Positions 46,746 through 57,494 of a stretch of 64,000 bases of DNA are shown piece after piece; within the stretch, counting starts at the first letter, position 1, and each line of letters starts with the position of its first letter. The notes beneath the pieces are model-generated. The model was not told the DNA's origin. It saw nothing but the letters and a program-made list of their open reading frames with translations, and did no database searches. The DNA is from Schizochytrium sp. TIO01. Its lineage: Eukaryota > Protista > Bigyra: Labyrinthulomycetes. The position numbers and the translations under genes are program-made. The stretch is from the NCBI GenBank assembly GCA_004764695.1, contig SMSO01000037.1, positions 1,650,747 through 1,714,746 of the forward strand, in the 5' to 3' direction.

Positions 46746-49537
46746 CCCGGCGCGAGCTAGCTAGCTTGGAAGGGACTCAGTCAGGAACAGCTTTGGGCTG
46801 TGGCACTCACTCATTGGCGATCGCGACGCCGCCACCCCAGGCGGTCCTCCCTCCCCTCTCCATGGGTCATGAGCGGCAGCGAGCAGGTTGCCAAGAAGTC
46901 TGAAGCTATCCGTTGCGAGTAGCTCGCGAGGCAAGAAAGCAAGCTCCGGGCAGCTCGACGGAAACAGCGAATCTGGGATTGGGCAGAACTTGAAGCTGAA
47001 AAGCGCTTGTTTGACAGATGGCGAAGTCTTCTGCATTGTTGAGACTGGAAGTTTTATTTATTGTAAATCATCGTATTCTGCCCTATGTATAATGACTTTT
47101 TATGACATTTTACTTAGTTTTTGCATTTTAAAAAAATGGTTCTGCTTTTCAAGTTGTTTTCAGCAGGGAAAGTCAGAACAAGAAAAAAGAAAAGAAAACG
47201 ACAACAACAAAAAAAAAAGCATTGAATGCACTTTTAACTTTTCTTTAAATTATAAAAATGTGATCTACAAAAGATATTTTATTAAAAAGTAAGTATTTTT
47301 ATTTAAAGATAAACACGTAAATACATAAGTAAATGGTGAACGAAAACATGAAGAGAACTCTATTTTTAATTTATAAAACACTTTAAAGAGTACTTGGCTG
47401 CTGATACTAACTGAGACAGACTCACTCATCTTGCTTGCTTACTTGCTTGTTTTCAGAAGACAACGGCTTTGGCCTGTCGGCATTTGATCACGTGTATCCG
47501 GATGGAAAGCAAATTATCTGGATTATGACAATGCTCGCGTCTGCAAGAAGAACTGATCTACGCATCAGCTGCTGAAAGTTCCAGCGTGATGGAACCAATA
47601 TAGCCTTCATGCATGGCCTCTCTTTAGGATAACAGTGAAGCACTCATCGTTCAACCAAGATCAACTATCTGTATGGCTAATGCCCTTGTCTTTTGACTCT
47701 ATTTGGGGCCTTCGAATTAATCGTGTGGTATGAATTTGGTTCGTGATTTCTCCGACTAGCGATCAAGTCAATCCAATCAAGGTATTGTTTCCGTCGTGTC
47801 TTTCGTTCCCAATTACAAGCGACCAAAAGCGACTCTGGAGTGAGACTAAATCCAAAAGAGAACATGCCACAATAACGGAATGGTATGCATACGTCAACAA
47901 CCCAGCGATGAGTTTGCAACCTACGCGAGATCTTCTTTGGCGATTTTGCTTCGCTACCAATGAGGGTCATTGTGATCGTAAGTAATACGGAATGAGAGCT
48001 AGCTATAACCTCGCCTCAACGCCACAGCCAGTAAGCCAAATAAATACATCTTTCTAAGATTTATACCATCCACAAGAAGAAAACACACACAAAAAACGAA
48101 TGCAAGGACCTACTTGCTTCCTATGACATGACAACTCGATCAAACTTTGCTGCGCAGGTTGGGTAATCACAGCTACAGCATTGTGCTCGCTTTTCGAAGT
48201 GGCAGTATACTGGTGTTGCCCAGTCTTGTTGGCCCAACTTGCTGTGCTGGCTGGTGGCCAGAATTCAACTGCAAGGACCCCAGAATACCTTGAATCGCCG
48301 TTCGATTGACCCCTTCAGAATGCCTAGAATGTCGAGTCCTCTAAGCTTGATGGTGATATGGCTCAGGCTGTTTCTGACAATTGCGCTTCTCACAATCATA
48401 CATGGATGGATTCTTCTTGCTTTCACATGAACCTCTAGAGAATGAAAGATCTTACTATTGCAACGCGAGTCGAAGAGCGGAGTGAATATATATATGGTCA
48501 CTAGATCGACTACTGTGTAGGTTACCTATTTACCCTCGATAGGCCTTCAAGATCTGGCTCGTTCTGTTTGGAGGAGACGGCCATAGTATCGCCAATGACT
48601 ATAGACTAGCGACAAAAGCACTACAAACAGGGACAGAACCAGAGAGAGCTCTTGATGCGAATCGTACGCATCAAGTTTTCCGTCTGTTGTCGCAGCTCAT
48701 GTCCTATCATTATTGACACTACCTCTCTAGAGAGATATACCTACAAAGCTTGCCCCCGAAAAAGGTCCAAATGGCTGCCTCAGATTGATGCTTGAAGTTA
48801 TTCTGATTCACGCTCGCCCGGACTATTTATTGGATGAGTGTGGCCTCGTGTGCACTCTTTGTAGAAGTGATTGTGTCATCATGATGGAATAAAGCATAAG
48901 CCAGGAGAATGAACGCATTGGCACGTACAAACTCCAAACATTCCACGGCAATTATTTACTTACCACTCTCCTAGCTCTAGCTCTAGCTCTAGAGAGACCT
49001 CGTCACTTGCTCGTAATGTTTCTCAAGGCATACGAACGAAATAATATCGATCGAAAATTCGAGCAGGCCGAACTCATATTCGAGGCCTCTTCTTTCTTAA
49101 CGAGAGTAAGCTCAAGCGAGTTTGATCAAGACTTCCAAAGCGTACAAGTATTCATTATAAGTTGGCCATGTTGTCTCATCGCTCAGTAGGTATGTGCACA
49201 CGTTGAGTTACCAGATACCTTAGGAACCTGTAGTATTCTTGAGATTGTAGGATAGCATTGAAAGATGTTCCTAATGTGCACTATGCCAGGGCTAAGATAA
49301 GCTACTCAGTACTAACGGGTTTCTCTTTCCTTGTGCGGAGATCAAAGTTGCACGAGCCCACACGGCGGAGCACGAAGTCTTGAGCAAATAAGGATTTATA
49401 TACCGGCGCCCACCGCTGGGCTCTGTGTCAGGGAATACCTGCGCTCGACCTTGGTTTAAAAAGCAACTGCAAGCTTGCTTTGTCTGGGACTGCTCGCCAG
49501 GTAGACTTGCTTGCATTCCAGGTTTTCTGCTCGTACG

Positions 49538-51115
49538 ATGGGCGTGAACTCGCGGCGTAGGCCTCGGAACAAGGCTGATGAAGCTACGTTTGCAGCTCGG
49601 AAACAAATGGAGGAGGAACGTAAAAAGAAACAAGAGACAGGATCCGGGCAAGAAACAACGACTCCAAGAATTTCAAGGAGTACGAAAGAGACAATTAAGC
49701 ATGTTGTGCCCACAATGATAACGGCGATCGTTTCAATCGTGCTCGTGCGCATCGCAGGAGATTACTTCTCTGTACCACTTCCACCACCAATTGAGGCAGA
49801 GCCCGACTTCGCTGTTCCTGCTTGGATTGAAGTCACAGGGAAGGTTCCACGCATCGAGGCAGACGAACTCTCGAACCTCGGTAATAGGCTGGTGGCTACT
49901 CCATTCATTGTGACTCAGTCACGATGGACCGGATCTGTTCGCAAGGCGAATTTTTCAATAGATAGCTTGGCTGATCTTTTCCCTGAACTTCCACATGTTC
50001 GCAAACTTAAAGATGCTCAGCAGGGCAGAAATGAGCATGTTTTCGTGTATGAAGATAACCAACGCTTAATGCGTGCCTGGGATGCGGATACCTCCAAACT
50101 TGGCGCTCCGCGAATTGAGGTACTCGAGTCCATGAAAACAGAAGATTTCCTTGCAAGTGATGAGCCGCTCTACTTCTCGCACAAATGGAATGAAGACTTC
50201 GAAACGAAACTGGGGAAAGATCTGCCCATCAATTACATGCGAATCCTGAGCGAATTTTCACCAAAGAACCGCACTGATGAGGAGGTTTTCAAGGTGAACT
50301 TTTGGCTCACAGCTGCAAACACAGCAGCTGGATTGCACTATGACCCAGCACATAATATGTTTGGCCAGATTGCCGGCTGCAAGCGATTCATTATCGTCAA
50401 CAGCTCAGAATGGAACAATGCATTACTCTATCCTCTTTATCATCCACATGATCGGCAATCGCAGCTTGAAAACATGCCTGAAGATCAGCTGCCTCTTTCA
50501 CCACTCCCTGCGCTTATTGCCGACCTTAACCCAGGAGATACCCTTTACATCCCTCCGCTAACAATGCATCGTGTTGCTACATATGAGTGCAAGGGTCAAA
50601 CTCACTCTGCTTCAGTCAATGCGTGGTCCAGGTCTGCTGCTAATGCCCTTGTTACTGAATCTCAGTCTCTCGAAAACCTCCCCCCTATCTTCGCTGACGT
50701 TTCATCTTCTACGATCAACAAGGCCCTCCCATCCCTGACCTACTTTCTCAAAGGTGTCCTCGAAGGTGTTCTTGGCTCCGGGGTATCCGCAAAGACATTC
50801 CTTCTTGAAGACATTCTTGCCCAGCGTTACACAGCAGATCCCATAGTCTCAAAGGCACTGGAATGTGACTTGGATTTTCAACCGACTCGCTGTCCCGCAA
50901 AGCTTACACACCCAACCGAAGAACTCCTTGAGGATGAAATGGAGGCCCTCGACACCAACATTAAACTAACGGTTGATCTCTTTGAAAAGTACCAAGCAAT
51001 GGTTCCTTCATTTGACCTTGTTCTTGCTGATTTTACCGAGCGCGTTATTACTCTCGTGGTTGGGATCCCGAAGGTTTGTACTGCAATGCCCTGCATCGCC
51101 CAAGCTATGGAGTAA
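49538..51115 (+). CDS. JmjC/cupin-like 2-oxoglutarate Fe(II) hydroxylase with an N-terminal signal anchor
   Basis: NFWL..AGLHYDPAHN..QIAGCKRF..LYPLYHPHDRQSQ..LNPGDTLYIPPLTMHRV gives the HxD..H triad; TM VVPTMITAIVSIVLV; first ATG at 49538. Confidence 0.88.
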   Translation: MGVNSRRRPRNKADEATFAARKQMEEERKKKQETGSGQETTTPRISRSTKETIKHVVPTMITAIVSIVLVRIAGDYFSVPLPPPIEAEPDFAVPAWIEVTGKVPRIEADELSNLGNRLVATPFIVTQSRWTGSVRKANFSIDSLADLFPELPHVRKLKDAQQGRNEHVFVYEDNQRLMRAWDADTSKLGAPRIEVLESMKTEDFLASDEPLYFSHKWNEDFETKLGKDLPINYMRILSEFSPKNRTDEEVFKVNFWLTAANTAAGLHYDPAHNMFGQIAGCKRFIIVNSSEWNNALLYPLYHPHDRQSQLENMPEDQLPLSPLPALIADLNPGDTLYIPPLTMHRVATYECKGQTHSASVNAWSRSAANALVTESQSLENLPPIFADVSSSTINKALPSLTYFLKGVLEGVLGSGVSAKTFLLEDILAQRYTADPIVSKALECDLDFQPTRCPAKLTHPTEELLEDEMEALDTNIKLTVDLFEKYQAMVPSFDLVLADFTERVITLVVGIPKVCTAMPCIAQAME

Positions 51116-51603
51116 AAGGATTATACATTCGACAAAGAGACTAGAAATGGCGAGAGGACCTGCTGCTTCTAGAAAAGAATAAAACAAATTTTTGTTTTTT
51201 TTTGTTTTTTAAATATACGAAGATTCTTTCACTCCGCACTTCCCAACGTGGGTATGTGGGCGAATGAAATATAAATTAAATTGTCAAATCTATGTCGTAA
51301 GCAACTTCACAGATGAAAAACCTATTGTATAGGGGCTAATTGATAAATGAAGAGCTGTATTTAAAGCTCCCATGGTGTAAAGTGTGGTAGCGGGCCATAA
51401 AGTTATACTATCAATCCATCTGGTCTGCGAGAGAACAACATAGATTATAATAACAAAGGTAGTTTTATTGCCAGGCAATCAAGGAGGTGAAAGGATGTCG
51501 CCCTTCATGAAGCTATATCACGAGAGCTCAGAGTTTTACATTCTGTGAGTCAAAAGAAAGAACGTGTTTATATTTTTTCCGGTTGCTAAGTTTTCAAAGT
51601 TTT

Positions 51604-52383
51604 TTAATCGGACCAAAAATTAGCCACATCGTTGTTTCGACGTGGCGACGAACGTGCTTCCACAACAGACATATAGGCTTCGTAGTTCTCCTCTGCTTTG
51701 CTCACACTACGAGTTCGCGCACGATCAAGAGTACCCGTTGATGACGCATCATCATCGCCATCGTCTGTGTCATCTGTAACTAAAGTTGTTGCATGAAGGC
51801 GAACCTGCTGCCGCAGAGCCTTTCGCCGGAGTAGGTCTCTACTCATTGGAGAAGAACATGCAGCATTGCTTGTGCTGCCCACTGTACTGATGACAGGTTT
51901 TTGTGTTTGACCAGCTACAGGAGGGCCCACCGCAAGAGCTTCTTGAAGACTTTCGTCCTCCTCACTCTTAAACTCTTCATCACCATGAAGTTGAAACATA
52001 CCTTCCGCGGCAGCGGCGGCAGCTGCTGCTTTCGCAGTTGCTATCTTGGATTCCACGTCTTTGCTATTCCCTGTAACATTGATACGAAGGTGCGAGGGAT
52101 CACTATGTTTGCGGCTCGTTGACTGTGGCATTGGATGGATGGCAAGCTGGCGGTAAAAGCTAGCTTCAGACTTTGCCAAGGCAAGCACAACACGGTGCAG
52201 TTTTCTCTCGAGATCTACAGCAACAGTTGAGCCTGGAGCAATATCAGAGCCGCTTTCTCGAAGCAGAATTTGAATAAGCTCGCATGCGTCATCATGAGCG
52301 TGAACAAGCACCTCATGGAGCTGGTCATCTACAGTCACATGCACGATTGCAGATGGTGCAAACGTAACATCTTCAAACTCCAT
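51604..52383 (-). CDS. Hypothetical protein (259 aa): small folded N-terminal region and disordered tail
   Basis: ATG-initiated ORF between AT-rich flanks with coding-like composition. Confidence 0.7.
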   Translation of the reverse strand: MEFEDVTFAPSAIVHVTVDDQLHEVLVHAHDDACELIQILLRESGSDIAPGSTVAVDLERKLHRVVLALAKSEASFYRQLAIHPMPQSTSRKHSDPSHLRINVTGNSKDVESKIATAKAAAAAAAAEGMFQLHGDEEFKSEEDESLQEALAVGPPVAGQTQKPVISTVGSTSNAACSSPMSRDLLRRKALRQQVRLHATTLVTDDTDDGDDDASSTGTLDRARTRSVSKAEENYEAYMSVVEARSSPRRNNDVANFWSD

Positions 52384-53227
52384 TCTCCTTCGTTTCTCTG
52401 AGTACGCAAAGCAAGACTAATTCGGGCGTTCTTGTGCTGCCACAAGAAACCCACATACAATCTAGAATCTGCTTGCTTTCTCCTGGATTACAGCGCCACC
52501 TCGAGAAATGCCTCAATGCTCCTCTTTGAACGCAGGGATAGACATATTGCACTTCATTTCCATAATATAAACATATAGGTTTGAAATAAGTTCTCTTATC
52601 CGTTGATAAGTCTTTCAATTTATTTTATTTTAAAAGGAAGAAATAATAATATAATAGGCCTTTTAAAAACAAAAATGAGCCTGAAATTGGGACTGGGTGC
52701 GCAAAATTTATTCCCAACTCAAACGTCCAAGTTTATTCATGTACAAGCAAAACAAGTTGTCCGTATCAAGGATGCGCAAATAAAAGGTATGGAAAAGAGC
52801 AGAAGAGACAAGATAGACAACAAGGAAATTTATGAAAAAGGAGAGCGGGCTTTGGTGGCGGGGCAAATTGTTTGCAGTTTATGCGGGGACGAGGGATTAC
52901 TAACGAGCGAAAAGCAGGGCCAGCAAATCTTGACATGATAGGGATATAAAGCGAGCTATCATTTGTTTGTATATGAGAAAGGAGCAGGATGTGTGGTCAT
53001 GGTTTTCTGAAGCATGGAATTCAACGGGACCCCAAACCTCACCTTGGTATGTCCCAACAATGGTGGGGAAATGTGCCATAAATGAGTGGCAAGTCGCCTT
53101 GAACAAATGTATTAGTGGTTTGTACAAATCTGAAGAGTATGTTCCCTGAGATCTGTGAATTGTTCACTACTGTTTTTTAATTGTGTAAGTGTGTACGTGA
53201 GGAAGAGTGGAGAAAAAGCCAAGTCTA

Positions 53228-54048
53228 TTATTCATCGTTGCTGAGCTTGTTGTAGTTGAGAAGCTTGACGATAAGGTCAACGTGTGTGATCAACATACGA
53301 CGGCAGCAGTATCGGTTAATAGCAAGAGCAGTCAAAGCCTCACTGTGTAGCCCAAATCCAATTAGCAAAAAGCGCCCGAAAGCTAATGTTAGTCAACCAG
53401 ATTATCCATTTCCAAGAGGAATCTTGGATCAACATGTTTGATTATTTGACTATAACCCCATGCACCGATGAAGAACTGTACTTACGACTCAGACATGCCC
53501 TCCTTGGACAAAAGGTCCATGTAGACCTCATACTTGTTGCCAATCACCTATAAATCCAGAACCGACCATCAATACATTACATAGATCCAGCGTTAGTCTC
53601 ATACATTTTCCAGAACCCCATCCCTTTTATGAGCCTTCCTAGACACAGCTCATTGAGCCACAACCTGCAAAACATTCCCTTCATGTCCCATCATCGTCTC
53701 GGCAATATGCTATCTATTAACATAATTACTGGTGCCTAGACACTAGAACCTAAGGCCGCTGTGACACGGCCCACCCAGCCTTGCGTCGAGGCTCAATACT
53801 CTCGCCAAGAGAAGCCTCACAACCACAGGTTGATGTCTCGTGAAGGCTGCTGTGGTCAGCGCGAGGGCCTGAAAAGCAGGATGTCGGTGGGATCTACAGC
53901 AGCTCCGCCACCAGTCGATGGCGCCGAGCGATGAAAGTCGCGGGCGTCTCCGCCTCAGCGCCGGGGGGGGAGAAGAGCTAGGCAGGCGCGTGGAGGGAGC
54001 TCAGTGACGTACCTTTCCGCAGGTGAAGCAGCGCACGGGGATAATCAT
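53228..54048 (-). CDS. RPB10: RNA polymerase I/II/III shared subunit RPB10; exons 54048-54013, 53547-53486 and 53342-53228; 70 aa
   Basis: Spliced translation [70 protein letters not shown]; introns GTACGT..TAG (465 nt) and GTAAGT..CAG (143 nt), both with GACTAAC. Confidence 0.97.
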
Positions 54049-55074
54049 GGCGCCGTGAGCTCTTTGGTGGTCTCCGTCGTCTCGTCGATTGGAGTTTGTT
54101 TGTTTGCCGATAGATTACTACTCTTGCTTCCATATATAGCAACTGTATGAATGACGCGTATTAGTATGCTGTTTGAGGTCCTAGGAGGTGCTAAGACCTA
54201 CTACGATCTTCTGCTCCTTCGGGCTCGCTGGAAATCACTTGATATAATCAGACAAATATTTAGGCTGATAAATTCAAACAGAAATTCAACGAATGCAGGG
54301 CAAGGGAAAAATACCATTGGAGCCAATATTCGGAAAGGAAATAGCGCCGGTAAAATCTACGCGGAAACAAGACCAAGGCGAATGAATTCCTGGAATATGG
54401 ACAGCACCTAGATGAAGCCTCGTGCTCTGTAGTTGGCAAGTAAGGTAGGGGTTTTGAGCACCTTGATTAAACAGCGATTCCATGCCTCGTGCCCAATAAA
54501 TTTTGGTTTTCGATTTCTTATTTGATAGAGCTCCACCAAATCATATGATAAATAATAAGAACGATACGAATCATTAAGATGAAAGAAGAGACGGAAAACA
54601 AGCAATCTGTGAAAACAATCTACGACCGCTCCGGCTGCGTTGGCGGCACTGGCGCGACTGAGCAGTTTGGTGGAAACGTCGAAGAGCTTTGGGCTAATAG
54701 GGTTGCCGCTGCGTAGGAAAAGGCGCTGGGCGGGAAGCTCGTGACGATCTGGGCGGCTCTTGAAAACTATTTGGTCAGCGTGGCTGATATTCTATTGGAG
54801 GTCAATAGCGATCAAGAAAGCACCAAGAGCGCAGAACGGGTCGGGTTCATTCTTATCATAAGACTGTGCCTCGTACGTAGAAGTAAAGCTTGAGTTGCAA
54901 AGTAGCAGTTTCTGCAGGAGAAAAGTTCGGGCTTTTGAGCAAATAAAATTCGACAAAGGCAACGACAACGACAACGAAGATTTTTTAGCGACGTTCAAGG
55001 TATCTAGTCTTGCAGCGACAATTTTGTGAATCCAACGGGTGTTTCAGAAGGATCTAAACAGACAGACCAACATC

Positions 55075-56550
55075 ATGTTTTGTGGTGATGAGACCGCAGC
55101 CCTGGTAGGAGACCTAGGTTCGAGAACCTTTAAGTTTGGTTTTGCAGGCGAGGATATGCCACGAGGCTGGATCCCTTCCGCTACCGGACATGTTGTTGGC
55201 CAAAGTGACATGGATGTGGACGATGATAAGGGTAGGCCAAAGTCAATTGTTGGTGAATCTGCGCTACAGCATAGATGCGAGGACGTGGATATTACCTGGG
55301 CGCGAGAAGATGGTTTTGTGAAAAATTGGGATGTTGTAGAAGATTTATGGACTCATGCTGTATCGTTTGGTTTGAACTCGAACGCTCGTGACCACCCTAT
55401 TCTAGCTGCGACGCCTACTTATGAACCTGAAGCTGATAGGGCTAGGTTAGCAGAAATTTTATTAGAGAAACTCGAGACGCCTGCTGTCTTCATGCCTCGA
55501 AACGCAATTCTCAGTGCATTTTCTGTTGGTCGAGCCACCTCATTAGTCGTCGATGTCGGTGCAGCAAAAACCTGTGCATGCGCTGTACATGATGGTTTTG
55601 TGTTGCGAAAATCTGTTCGTACATCCAAGATTGCCGGTGATTATATTGATGAACATTTACTACGCCTCTTGGAGACTCAGATCTTACCATCCCTTAAAGC
55701 CTCAAGCGTAGATAGTGCAAACTCCGAGAATGGAGACAAAGATACAAAAGAAGCTTCCTCAAGTAGCAGTAGCGCCAATCAAGCTTCTGCTAATCAGCAA
55801 AAAGGCGGATCAGAAAATTCTAAAGAAATTACTTCACAACTGTCATCGGGATCTGTGGACCCACCCAAAATCCTTCGTGTACCTTGCACGTTTCGTCGTA
55901 AACTTGCGCATGATGGATCAACACAGAAACAGATTAACCTCAAGACAACAGAAGAATTAGCACGTATTAAACCCTCGTTTATTCGCTTACAACAAATGCC
56001 TGTGCTTACTGACCTTGAAGCCAATGTGTGTAGAGTATGGACAGAGGTGCCTTTCGTTGAAGCTCAAGCAGATGAATATGCCAAGGAAGAGTATGAATTG
56101 CCAGATGGTACTATTGTTGAACTGGGCCGCGAGCGATTCCGCAGCCCTGAGCTGTTGATGCGGCCCGAGACAGATATGGCTTACATGAAAGAGAAGATTC
56201 CTGCTGCTGAGCTTGACAAGGGCTCTGTGTCGTTGCCAGACGTGCTCAAAGATTCACTACAAAGCGCACATGTAGATCTACGTCGTGAGCTTGTCCAACA
56301 AATCATGCTTGTTGGTGGAGGTGCAATGATCCCGGGTACAATTGAGCGCCTTACAAAGGAACTCGCGCTCAACTTGCCAAGTGCTCTTAAGCCTCGATTT
56401 CTAGCACCTGGTAAGCAGGAGCGCATGTTTAGCACGTTTACAGGCGGAAGTATTTTGTCCAGTCTCGGATCTTTTCAACAACTGTGGATCTCAAAGGCGG
56501 AATATGAAGAACATGGTGCAGCAATCATTGCCTCGCGTTGCCGCCAGTGA
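55075..56550 (+). CDS. ARP4: Nuclear actin-related protein 4 (ACTL6/BAF53 homologue)
   Basis: MFCGDETAALVGDLGS..GFAGEDMP, YELPDG, ERMFSTFTGGSILSSLGSFQQLWISKAEYEEHG; low-complexity insertion typical of Arp4. Confidence 0.9.
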   Translation: MFCGDETAALVGDLGSRTFKFGFAGEDMPRGWIPSATGHVVGQSDMDVDDDKGRPKSIVGESALQHRCEDVDITWAREDGFVKNWDVVEDLWTHAVSFGLNSNARDHPILAATPTYEPEADRARLAEILLEKLETPAVFMPRNAILSAFSVGRATSLVVDVGAAKTCACAVHDGFVLRKSVRTSKIAGDYIDEHLLRLLETQILPSLKASSVDSANSENGDKDTKEASSSSSSANQASANQQKGGSENSKEITSQLSSGSVDPPKILRVPCTFRRKLAHDGSTQKQINLKTTEELARIKPSFIRLQQMPVLTDLEANVCRVWTEVPFVEAQADEYAKEEYELPDGTIVELGRERFRSPELLMRPETDMAYMKEKIPAAELDKGSVSLPDVLKDSLQSAHVDLRRELVQQIMLVGGGAMIPGTIERLTKELALNLPSALKPRFLAPGKQERMFSTFTGGSILSSLGSFQQLWISKAEYEEHGAAIIASRCRQ

Positions 56551-57494
56551 TGTGCATCGGCTTTATATCTTTCTTCTATTCGAGTAAATTCTTCGGTTTG
56601 ATTTTTTTTATTAATATCCACTAGCTTTCCTGAACGAGAGCCCTGCTATTGTTTTTCCTGTGCCCATTGCTCCCTGAGCGCAACTTTGTTTCTTTTAAAA
56701 ACCTGTCAACAAACAAGAAGACTAAAATTTTGAAGAAAAAAAAATAAAACAAATTTTACCTCAGTATTGATTTACTCAAATCAGCTTTCTCATCCAAATG
56801 AGAAATGAAATTTAGATATTTAGATCTAAGAGGTCTTTTTGACGATGGCCATTCTGGAATCTATCAAGTAATTCGCAAACGAAATCACGTAGTTTTTTTT
56901 GCAGTCAAATTTTCTAAAAGAAAAAATAATAAAATAATATTTGATATACTAGAATTGAAGTTTTTGGAAGCACTACCACTTGCAAGTCAGATTTTTTATT
57001 GCTCCCCTTTATAGCATTAACACTTTTCTCTGCGACTGGTAATCCCAAAGTTGTCAATCTCTCGCTTCTACACAATCATCAAGATTTGTTATCTTCATTG
57101 ATTGCTTTCAGCAAGCAATCTACTTTCGTCGAACTCCTCGCGCAACCAATGCTTGTGTTTATATAATTCAAAGTATACTTACCCAGCGCCCTAGGTTCAC
57201 TTCAACCCATCGCATAGCATTCACTCCCACTAGTGAGACGCTACTCAAGTATAATAAATGCAGACTTAAATAATAATGTACGCTTGGTAGTCTGCCAAGA
57301 CCACAACCGGGGACAGGATAGTAATGTCCCTTCAACGGTCAGAAAAATGAGAATGAGAGATGAAAAACAGGGTTCAAAGAGTACTTCAAGGCTAAGAAAC
57401 ATTTCGCTCGCGCGGAGTTTAGCTTGACTTTGCCTCAAGTTATCTGGTGGGCACCGCTGAGTGCTTGAACAAAACACATACCGAGGCTACAGAG

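Noticed and set aside
53930-54045. GAAAGTC...CACGGGG resembling RNase MRP conserved regions
   Set aside because: No P4 complementarity; the segment is RPB10 exon 1 and intron 1 on the minus strand
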